Assembly: GCA_964016885.1 (NCBI GenBank)
Contig: OZ024757.1
Span: forward strand, 1,178,001-1,242,000
DNA: 64,000 nt
Direction: 5' to 3'
Source: Eledone cirrhosa
Taxonomy: Eukaryota
Under the pieces are notes generated by a model. That model searched no databases, was not told where the DNA came from, and worked only from the letters and a program-made list of their open reading frames with translations. This document shows, piece by piece, positions 52,701-64,000 of this stretch. The first letter of the stretch is position 1. The number at the start of each line of letters is the position of its first letter. Position numbers and translations under genes: made by a program.

Positions 52701-55700
52701 CCTTGAGCAAGATACTTTATTTCATGTTGCTCCAGTCCACTGTGTCCTTGAGCAAGACACTTTATTTCGCATTGCTCCAGTCCACTGTGTACTTGAGCAA
52801 GACACTTTATTACAGGTTGTTCCAGTCCACTGTCTCCTTGAGCAAGACACTTTATTTCATGTTGCTCGAGTCCACTGTGTCCTTGAGCAAGACACTTTAT
52901 TTCACGTTGCTCCACTCCACTGTGTCCTTAAGCAAGACACTTTATTACACATTGCTCCAGTCCACTGTGTCCTTGAGCAAGACACTTTATTTCACGTTGT
53001 TCCAGTCCACTGTGTACTTGAGCAAGACACTTTATTACACGTTGTTCCAGTCCACTGTGTCCTTGAGCAAGACACTTTATTTCATGTTGCTCCAGTCCAC
53101 TCTGTCCTTGAGCAAGACACTTTATTTCGCATTGCTCCAGTTCACTGTGTCCTTGAGCAAGACACTTTATTTCACATTGCTCCAGTCCACTGTGTCCTTA
53201 AGCAAGACACTATATTTCACATTGATCCAGTCCACTGTGTCCTTGAGCAAGACATTTATTTCACATTGCTCCAGTCCTCTGTGTCTCCTTGAGCAAGACA
53301 CTTTATTTCATGTTGCTCCAGTCCACTGTGTCCTTGAGCAAGACACTTCATTTCATGTTGCTCCAGTCCACTGTGTCCTTGAGCAAGACACTTTCTTTCA
53401 CGTTGCTCCACTCCACTGTGTACTTAAGCAAGACACTTTATTACACATTGCTCCAGTCCACTGTGTCCTTGAGCAAGACACTTTATTTCACATTGCTCCA
53501 GTTCACTGTGTCCTTGAGCAAGACACTTTATTTCACATTGATCCAGTCCTCTGTGTCTCCTTGAGCAAGACACTTTATTTCATGTTGCTCCAGTCCACTG
53601 TGTCCTTGAGCAAGACACTTTATTTCATCTTGCTCCAGTCCACTGTGTCCTTGAGCAAGACACTTTATTTCGCATTGCTCCAGTTCACTGTGTCCTTGAG
53701 CAAGACACTTTATTTCATGTTGCTCCAGTCCACTGTGTCCTTGAGCAAGACACTTTATTTCGCATTGCTCCAGTGCACTGTGTACTTGAGCAAGACACTT
53801 TATTACAGGTTGTTCCAGTCCACTCTGTCCTTGAGCAAGACACTTTATTTCATGTTGCTCCAGTCCACTCTGTCCTTGAGCAAGACACTTTATTTCGCAT
53901 TGCTCCAGTTCACTGTGTCCTTGAGCAAGACACTTTATTTCACATTGCTCCAGTTTACTGTGTCCTTAAACAAAACACTTTATTTCACATTTCTCCAATC
54001 TATTGTGTCCTTGAGCTAGACACTTTATTTCACGTTGCTCCACTCCACTGTGTCCTTGAACAAGACACTTTATTTCAGGTTGCTCCAGTCCACTGTGTCC
54101 TTGAGCAGGACACTTTATTTCACATTGCTCCAGTCCACTGCGTCCTTGAGCAAGATACTTTATTTCACATTGCTCCAGTCCACTGTGTCCTTGAGCAAGA
54201 CACTTTATTTCATGTTGCTCCAGTCCACTGTCTCCTTGAGCAAGACACTTTATTTCATGTTGCTCCAGACCACTGTGTCCTTGAGCAATACACTTTATTT
54301 CATGTTGCTCCAGTTCACTGTGTCCTTGAGCAAGACACTTTATTTCACGTTGCTCCACTCCACTGTGTCCTTAAGCAAGACACTTTATTACACATTGCTC
54401 CAGTCCACTGTGTCCTTGAGCAAGACACTTTATTACACATTGCTCCAGTCCACTGTGTCCTTAAGCAAGACACTTTATTACACATTGCTCCAGTCCACTG
54501 TGTCCTTAAGCAAGACACTTTATTACACATTGCTCCACTCCACTGTGTCCTTGAACAAGACACTTTATTTCAGGTTGGTCCAGTCCACTGTGTCCTTGAG
54601 CAGGACACTTTATTTCACATTGCTCCAGTACACTGTGTGATTGAGCAAGATACTTTATTTCACATTGCTCCAGTCCACTGTGTCCTTGAGCAAGACACTT
54701 TATTTCATGTTGCTCCAGTCCACTGTCTCCTTGAGCAAGACACTTTATTTCATGTTGCTCCAGTCCACTGTGTCCTTGAGCAATACACTTTATTTCATGT
54801 TGCTCCAGTTCACTGTGTCCTTGAGCAAGACACTTTATTTCACGTTGCTCCACTCCACTGTGTCCTTAAGCAAGACACTTTATTACACATTGCTCCAGTC
54901 CACTGTGTCCTTGAGCAAGACACTTTATTTCACGTTGTTCCAGTCCACTGTGTACTTGAGCAAGACACTTTATTACAGGTTGTTCCAGTCCACTGTGTCC
55001 TTGAGCAAGACACTTTATTTCATGTTGCTCCAGTCCACTCTGTCCTTGAGCAAGATACTTTATTTCACATTGCTGCAGTCCACTGTGTCCTTGAGCAAGA
55101 CACTTTATTTCATGTTGCTCCAGTCCACTGTCTCCTTGAGCAAGACACTTTATTTCATGTTGCTCCAGTCCACTGTGTCCTTGAGCAAGACACTTTATTT
55201 CACGTTGCTCCACTCCACTGTGTCCTTAAGCAAGACACTTTATTACACATTGCTCCAGTCCACTGTGTCCTTGAGCAAGACACTTTATTTCACGTTGTTC
55301 CAGTCCACTGTGTACTTCAGCAAGACACTTTATTACAGGTTGTTCCAGTCCACTGTGTCCTTGAGCAAGACACTTTATTTCATGTTGCTCCAGTCCACTC
55401 TGTCCTTGAGCAAGACACTTTATTTCGCATTACTCCAGTTCACTGTGTCCTTGAGCAAGACACTTTATTTCACATTGCTCCAGTCCACTGTGTCCTTAAG
55501 CAAGACACTTTATTTCACATTGCTCCAGTCCTCTGTGTCTCCTTGAGCAAGACACTTTATTTCATGTTGCTCCACTCCACTGTGTCCTTGAGCAAGACAC
55601 TTTATTTCACATTGCTCCAGTCCACTGTGTCCTTGAGCAAGACACTTTATTTCACATTGATCCAGTTCACTGTGTCCTTGAGCAAGACACTTTATTTCAC

Positions 55701-58700
55701 ATTGATCCAGTCCTCTGTGTCTCCTTGAGCAAGACACTTTATTTCACATTGCTCCAGTTTACTGTGTCCTTAAACAAAACACTTTATTTCACATTTCTCC
55801 AATCTATTGTGTCCTTGAGCTAGACACTTTATTTCACGTTGCTCCAGTCCACTGTGTCCTTGAACAAGACACTTTATTTCAGGTGCTCCAGTCCACTGTG
55901 TCCTTGAGCAAGACACTTTATTTCACATTGCTCCAGTCCACTGTGTCCTTGAGCAAGACACTTTATTTCATGTTGCTCCAGTCTACTGTGTCCTTGAGCA
56001 AGACACTTTATTTCATGTTGCTCCAGACCACTGTGTCCTTGAGCAAGACACTTTATTTCACATTGCTCCAGGCCTCTGTGTCTCCTTGAGCAAGACACTT
56101 TATTTCATGTTGCTCCACTCCACCGTGTCCTTGAGCAAGACACTTTATTTCACATTGCTCCAGTCCACTGTGTCTTGAGCAAGACACTTTATTTCACATT
56201 GCTCCAGTTCGCTGTGTCCTTGAGCAAGACACTTTATTTCACATTGATCCAGTCCTCTGTGTCTCCTTGAGCAAGACACTTTATTTCATGTTGCTCCAGT
56301 CCACTGTGTCCTTGAGCAAGACACTTTATTTCAGGTTGCTCCAGTCCACTGTGTCCTTGAGCAAGACACTTTATTTCACGTTGCTCCACTCCACTGTGTC
56401 CTTAAGCAAGACACTTTATTACACATTGCTCCAGTCCACTGTGTCCTTGAGCAAGACACTTTATTTCACGTTGTTCCAGTCCACTGTGTACTTGAGCAAG
56501 ACACTTTATTACAGGTTGTTCCAGTCCACTGTGTCCTTGAGCAAGACACTTTATTTCATGTTGCTCCAGTCCACTCTGTCCTTGAGCAAGACACTTTATT
56601 TCGCATTGCTCCAGTTCACTGTGTCCTTGAGCAAGACAATTTATTTCACATTGCTCCAGTCCACTGTGTCCTTAAGCAAGACACTTTATTTCACATTGCT
56701 CCAGACCACTGTGTCCTTGAGCAAGACACTTTATTTCACATTGCTCCAGTCCTCTGTGTCTCCTTGAGCAAGACACTTTATTACATGTTGCTCCACTCCA
56801 CTGTGTCCTTGAGCAAGACACTTTATTTCACATTGCTCCAGTCCACTGTGTCCTTGAGCAAGACACTTTATTTCACATTGCTCCAGTTCACTGTGTCCTT
56901 GAGCAAGACACTTTATTTCGCATTGCTCCAGTTCACTGTGTCCTTGAGCAAGACACTTTATTTCATGTTGCTCCAGTCTACTGTGTCCTTGAGCAAGACA
57001 CTTTATTTCGCATTGCTCCAGTCCACTGTGTACTTGAGCAAGACACTTTATTACAGGTTGTTCCAGTCCACTGTCTCCTTGAGCAAGACACTTTATTTCA
57101 TGTTGCTCGAGTCCACTGTGTCCTTGAGCAAGACACTTTATTTCACGTTGCTCCACTCCACTGTGTCCTTAAGCAAGACACTTTATTACACATTGCTCCA
57201 GTCCACTGTGTCCTTGAGCAAGACACTTTATTTCACGTTGTTCCAGTCCACTGTGTACTTGAGCAAGACACTTTATTACACGTTGTTCCAGTCCACTGTG
57301 TCCTTGAGCAAGACACTTTATTTCATGTTGCTCCAGTCCACTCTGTCCTTGAGCAAGACACTTTATTTCGCATTGCTCCAGTTCACTGTGTCCTTGAGCA
57401 AGACACTTTATTTCACATTGCTCCAGTCCACTGTGTCCTTAAGCAAGACACTATATTTCACATTGCTCCAGTCCACTGTGTCCTTGAGCAAGACATTTAT
57501 TTCACATTGCTCCAGTCCTCTGTGTCTCCTTGAGCAAGACACTTTATTTCATGTTGCTCCAGTCCACTGTGTCCTTGAGCAAGACACTTCATTTCATGTT
57601 GCTCCAGTCCACTGTGTCCTTGAGCAAGACACTTTCTTTCACGTTGCTCCACTCCACTGTGTACTTAAGCAAGACACTTTATTACACATTGCTCCAGTCC
57701 ACTGTGTCCTTGAGCAAGACACTTTATTTCACATTGCTCCAGTGCACTGTGTCCTTGAGCAAGACACTTTATTTCACATTGATCCAGTCCTCTGTGTCTC
57801 CTTGAGCAAGACACTTTATTTCATGTTGCTCCAGTCCACTGTGTCCTTGAGCAAGACACTTTATTTCATCTTGCTCCAGTCCACTGTGTCCTTGAGCAAG
57901 ACACTTTATTTCGCATTGCTCCAGTTCACTGTGTCCTTGAGCAAGACACTTTATTTCATGTTGCTCCAGTCCACTGTGTCCTTGAGCAAGACACTTTATT
58001 TCGCATTGCTCCAGTGCACTGTGTACTTGAGCAAGACACTTTATTACAGGTTGTTCCAGTCCACTGTGTCCTTGAGCAAGACACTTTATTTCATGTTGCT
58101 CCAGTCCACTCTGTCCTTGAGCAAGACACTTTATTTCGCATTGCTCCAGTTCACTGTGTCCTTGAGCAAGACACTTTATTTCACATTGCTCCAGTTTACT
58201 GTGTCCTTAAACAAAACACTTTATTTCACATTTCTCCAATCTATTGTGTCCTTGAGCTAGACACTTTATTTCACGTTGCTCCACTCCACTGTGTCCTTGA
58301 ACAAGACACTTTATTTCAGGTTGCTCCAGTCCACTGTGTCCTTGAGCAGGACACTTTATTTCACATTGCTCCAGTCCACTGTGTCCTTGAGCAAGATACT
58401 TTATTTCACATTGCTCCAGTCCACTGTGTACTTGAGCAAGACACTTTATTTCATGTTGCTCCAGTCCACTGTCTCCTTGAGCTAGACACTTTATTTCATG
58501 TTGCTCCAGTCCACTGTGTCCTTGAGCAATACACTTTATTTCATGTTGCTCCAGTTCACTGTGTCCTTGAGCAAGACACTTTATTTCACGTTGCTCCACT
58601 CCACTGTGTCCTTAAGCAAGACACTTTATTACACATTGCTCCAGTCCACTGTGTCCTTGAGCAAGACACTTTATTACACATTGCTCCAGTCCACTGTGTC

Positions 58701-61700
58701 CTTAAGCAAGACACTTTATTACACATTGCTCCAGTCCACTGTGTCCTTAAGCAAGACACTTTATTACACATTGCTCCACTCCACTGTGTCCTTGAACAAG
58801 ACACTTTATTTCAGGTTGCTCCAGTCCACTGTGTCCTTGAGCAGGACACTTTATTTCACATTGCTCCAGTCCACTGTGTCCTTGAGCAAGATACTTTATT
58901 TCACATTGCTCCAGTCCACTGTGTCCTTGAGCAAGACACTTTATTTCATGTTGTTCCAGTCCACTGTGTCCTTGAGCAAGACACTTTATTTCACATTGCT
59001 CCAGTCCACTGTGTTCTTGAGCAAGACACTTTATTTCATGTTGCTCCAGTCCACTGTCTCCTTGAGCAAGACACTTTATTTCACATTGCTCCAGTCCACT
59101 GTGTCCTTGAGCAAGACACTTTATTTCACGTTGCTCCACTCCACTGTGTCCTTAAGCAAGACACTTTATTACACATTGCTCCAGTCCACTGTGTCCTTGA
59201 GCAAGACACTTTATTTCACGTTGTTCCAGTCCACTGTGTACTTGAGCAAGACACTTTATTACAGGTTGTTCCAGTCCACTGTGTCCTTGAGCAAGACACT
59301 TTATTTCATGTTGCTCCAGTCCACTCTGTCCTTGAGCAAGACACTTTATTTCGCATTACTCCAGTTCACTGTGTCCTTGAGCAAGACACTTTATTTCACA
59401 TTGCTCCAGTCCACTGTGTCCTTAAGCAAGACACTTTATTTCACATTGCTCCAGTCCTCTGTGTCTCCTTGAGCAAGACACTTTATTTCATGTTGCTCCA
59501 CTCCACTGTGTCCTTGAGCAAGACACTTTATTTCACATTGCTCCAGTCCACTGTGTCCTTGAGCAAGACACTTTATTTCACATTGCTCCAGTTCACTGTG
59601 TCCTTGAGCAAGACACTTTATTTCACATTGATCCAGTCCTCTGTGTCTCCTTGAGCAAGACACTTTATTTCACATTGCTCCAGTTTACTGTGTCCTTAAA
59701 CAAAACACTTTATTTCACATTTCTCCAATCTATTGTGTCCTTGAGCTAGACACTTTATTTCACGTTGCTCCAGTCCACTGTGTCCTTTAACAAGACACTT
59801 TATTTCAGGTGCTCCAGTCCACTGTGTCCTTGAGCAAGACACTTTATTTCACATTGCTCCAGTCCACTGTGTCCTTGAGCAAGACACTTTATTTCATGTT
59901 GCTCCAGTCTACTGTGTCCTTGAGCAAGACACTTTATTTCATGTTGCTCCAGACCACTGTGTCCTTGAGCAAGACACTTTATTTCACATTGCTCCAGTCC
60001 TCTGTGTCTCCTTGAGCAAGACACTTTATTTCATGTTGCTCCACTCCACCGTGTCCTTGAGCAAGACACTTTATTTCACATTGCTCCAGTCCACTGTGTC
60101 TTGAGCAAGACACTTTATTTCACATTGCTCCAGTTCACTGTGTCCTTGAGCAAGACACTTTATTTCACATTGATCCAGTCCTCTGTGTCTCCTTGAGCAA
60201 GACACTTTATTTCATGTTGCTCCAGTCCACTGTGTCCTTGAGCAAGACACTTTCTTTCACGTTGCTCCACTCCACTGTGTCCTTAAGCAAGACACTTCAT
60301 TACACATTGCTCCAGTCCACTGTGTCCTTGAGCAAGACACTTTATTTCACATTGCTCCAGTTCACTGTGTCCTTGAGCAAGACACTTTATTTCACATTGA
60401 TCCAGTCCTCTGTGTCTCCTTGAGCAAGACACTTTATTTCATGTTGTTCCAGTCCACTGTGTCCTTGAGCAAGACACTTTATTTCATCTTGCTCCAGTCC
60501 ACTGTGTCCTTGAGCAAGACACTTTATTTCGCATTGCTCCAGTTCACTGTGTCCTTGAGCAAGACACTTTATTTCATGTTGCTCCAGTCCACTGTGTCCT
60601 TGAGCAAGACACTTTATTTCGCATTGCTCCAGTCCACTGTGTACTTGAGCAAGACACTTTATTACAGGTTGTTCCAGTCCACTGTGTCCTTGAGCAAGAC
60701 ACTTTATTTCATGTTGCTCCAGTCCACTCTGTCCTTGAGCAGGAGACTTTATTTCGCATTGCTCCAGTTCACTGTGTCCTTGAGCAAGACACTTTATTTC
60801 ACATTGCTCCAGTTTACTGTGTCCTTAAACAAAACACTTTATTTCACATTTCTCCAATCTATTGTGTCCTTGAGCTAGACACTTTATTTCAGGTTGCTCC
60901 AGTCCACTGTGTCCTTGAACAAGACACTTTATTTCAGGTTGCTCCAGTCCACTGTGTCCTTGAGCAAGACACTTTATTTCACATTGCTCCAGTCCACTGT
61001 GTCCTTGAGCAAGATACTTTATTTCACATTGCTCCAGTCCACTGTGTCCTTGAGCAAGACACTTTATTTTATGTTGCTCCAGTCCACTGTCTCCTTGAGC
61101 AAGATACTTTATTTCATGTTGCTCCAGTCCACTGTGTCCTTGAGCAAGACACTTTATTTCACGTTGCTCCACTCCACTGTGTCCTTAAGCAAGACACTTT
61201 ATTACACATTGCTCCAGTCCACTGTGTCCTTGAGCAAGACACTTTATTTCACGTTGTTCCAGTCCACTGTGTACTTGAGCAAGACACTTTATTACAGGTT
61301 GTTCCAGTCCACTGTGTCCTTGAGCAAGACACTTTATTTCATGTTGCTCCAGTCCACTCTGTCCTTGAGCAAGACACTTTATTTCGCATTGCTCCAGTTC
61401 ACTGTGTCCTTGAGCAAGACACTTTATTTCACATTGCTCCAGTCCACTGTGTCCTTAAGCAAGACACTTTATTTCACATTGCTCCAGTCCTCTGTGTCTC
61501 CTTGAGCAAGACACTTTATTTCATGTTGCTCCACTCCACTGTGTCCTTGAGCAAGACACTTTATTTCACATTGCTCCAGTCCACTGTGTCCTTGAGCAAG
61601 ACACTTTATTTCACATTGCTCCAGTTCACTGTGTCCTTGAGCAAGACACTTTATTTCACATTGCTCCAGTCCACTGTGTCCTTAAGCAAGACACTTTATT

Positions 61701-64000
61701 ACACATTGCTCCACTCCACTGTGTCCTTGAACAAGACACTTTATTTCAGGTTGCTCCAGTCCACTGTGTCCTTGAGCAGGACACTTTATTTCACATTGCT
61801 CCAGTCCACTGTGTCCTTGAGCAAGATACTTTATTTCACATTGCTCCAGTCCACTGTGTCCTTGAGCAAGACACTTTATTTCATGTTGTTCCAGTCCACT
61901 GTGTCCTTGAGCAAGACACTTTATTTCACATTGCTCCAGTCCACTGTGTCCTTGAGCAAGACACTTTATTTCATGTTGCTCCAGTCCACTGTCTCCTTGA
62001 GCAAGACATTTTATTTCATGTTGCTCCAGTCCACTGTGTCCTTGAGCAAGACACTTTATTTCACGTTGCTCCACTCCACTGTGTCCTTAAGCAAGACACT
62101 TTATTACACATTGCTCCAGTCCACTGTGTCCTTGAGCAAGACACTTTATTTCACGTTGTTCCAGTCCACTGTGTACTTGAGCAAGACACTTTATTACAGG
62201 TTGTTCCAGTCCACTGTGTCCTTGAGCAAGACACTTTATTTCATGTTGCTCCAGTCCACTCTGTCCTTGAGCAAGACACTTTATTTCGCATTACTCCAGT
62301 TCACTGTGTCCTTGAGCAAGACACTTTATTTCACATTGCTCCAGTCCACTGTGTCCTTAAGCAAGACACTTTATTTCATGTTGTTCCAGTCCACTGTGTC
62401 CTTGAGCAAGACACTTTATTTCACATTGCTCCAGTCCACTGTGTCCTTGAGCAAGACACTTTATTTCATGTTGCTCCAGTCCACTGTCTCCTTGAGCAAG
62501 ACACTTTATTTCATGTTGCTCCAGTCCACTGTGTCCTTGAGCAAGACACTTTATTTCACGTTGCTCCACTCCACTGTGTCCTTAAGCAAGACACTTTATT
62601 ACACATTGCTCCAGTCCACTGTGTCCTTGAGCAAGACACTTTATTTCACGTTGTTCCAGTCCACTGTGTACTTGAGCAAGACACTTTATTACAGGTTGTT
62701 CCAGTCCACTGTGTCCTTGAGCAAGACACTTTATTTCATGTTGCTCCAGTCCACTCTGTCCTTGAGCAAGACACTTTATTTCGCATTACTCCAGTTCACT
62801 GTGTCCTTGAGCAAGACACTTTATTTCACATTGCTCCAGTCCACTGTGTCCTTAAGCAAGACACTTTATTTCACATTGCTCCAGTCCTCTGTGTCTCCTT
62901 GAGCAAGACACTTTATTTCATGTTGCTCCACTCCACTGTGTCCTTGAGCAAGACACTTTATTTCACATTGCTCCAGTCCACTGTGTCCTTGAGCAAGACA
63001 CTTTATTTCACATTGCTCCAGTTCACTGTGTCCTTGAGCAAGACACTTTATTTCACATTGATCCAGTCCTCTGTGTCTCCTTGAGCAAGACACTTTATTT
63101 CACATTGCTCCAGTTTACTGTGTCCTTAAACAAAACACTTTATTTCACATTTCTCCAATCTATTGTGTCCTTGAGCTAGACACTTTATTTCACGTTGCTC
63201 CAGTCCACTGTGTCCTTGAACAAGACACTTTATTTCAGGTGCTCCAGTCCACTGTGTCCTTGAGCAAGACACTTTATTTCACATTGCTCCAGTCCACTGT
63301 GTCCTTGAGCAAGACACTTTATTTCATGTTGCTCCAGTCTACTGTGTCCTTGAGCAAGACACTTTATTTCATGTTGCTCCAGACCACTGTGTCCTTGAGC
63401 AAGACACTTTATTTCACATTGCTCCAGTCCTCTGTGTCTCCTTGAGCAAGACACTTTATTTCATGTTGCTCCACTCCACCGTGTCCTTGAGCAAGACACT
63501 TTATTTCACATTGCTCCAGTCCACTGTGTCTTGAGCAAGACACTTTATTTCACATTCCTCCAGTTCACTGTGTCCTTGAGCAAGACACTTTATTTCACAT
63601 TGATCCAGTCCTCTGTGTCTCCTTGAGCAAGACACTTTATTTCATGTTGCTCCAGTCCACTGTGTCCTTGAGCAAGACACTTTCTTTCACGTTGCTCCAC
63701 TCCACTGTGTCCTTAAGCAAGACACTTCATTACACATTGCTCCAGTCCACTGTGTCCTTGAGCAAGACACTTTATTTCACATTGCTCCAGTTCACTGTGT
63801 CCTTGAGCAAGACACTTTATTTCACATTGATCCAGTCCTCTGTGTCTCCTTGAGCAAGACACTTTATTTCATGTTGTTCCAGTCCACTGTGTCCTTGAGC
63901 AAGACACTTTATTTCATCTTGCTCCAGTCCACTGTGTCCTTGAGCAAGACACTTTATTTCGCATTGCTCCAGTTCACTGTGTCCTTGAGCAAGACACTTT
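28659..64000 (+). repeat. 45-bp SINE-derived satellite (TGTGTCCTTGAGCAAGACACTTTATTTCACATTGCTCCAGTCCAC), ~780 monomers, higher-order repeats, runs off the window end
   Basis: Continuous tandem array in one orientation, with recurrent 44/47/49-bp length variants and recurring strings of substitution variants. Confidence 0.98.

Noticed and set aside
28647-64000. Long ORFs (up to 726 aa) of LSKTLYFTLLQSTVS / VLEQDTLFHIAPVHC repeats
   Set aside because: They are a by-product of a stop-free 45-bp (15-codon) monomer. Frames switch freely at 44/47/49-bp variants, so there is no sign of coding constraint.
28659-64000. CRISPR-like appearance (short dyad-containing repeat)
   Set aside because: There are no unique spacers and no cas genes, and the context is a eukaryotic SINE-derived satellite.

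Overview
Eukaryotic, repeat-only window with no host protein-coding gene. The SINE, RTE and microsatellite content resembles a coleoid cephalopod (Octopus-like) genome, which is an inference. From left to right: a decayed RTE fragment with a 24-bp minisatellite; a near full-length but decayed L1/Tx1-type LINE on the minus strand (~1.5-6.9 kb); (TA)n microsatellites; a young 5'-truncated RTE LINE with a PHD-like finger inside its RT region (8.2-10.7 kb); tRNA-derived SINEs sharing the RTE 3' tail; a 311-bp tandem array (11849-19760); (CACCA/CACTA)n and trinucleotide satellites (21.8-28.3 kb); and a 45-bp satellite of more than 35 kb with higher-order structure that grows out of a SINE core (28.66-64 kb). 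The main finding is the 311-bp array. Every unit carries a minimal type I hammerhead ribozyme motif (CUGAUGA...GAAA, palindromic ACGCGU stem III, GUA cleavage triplet) inside a highly base-paired RNA. The ~25 nearly identical copies form two head-to-head arms (9 motifs on -, 16 on +) bounded by (TA)n on both sides. This looks like a retrozyme or Penelope-associated circular RNA copied into the genome by rolling-circle, twin-primed reverse transcription.
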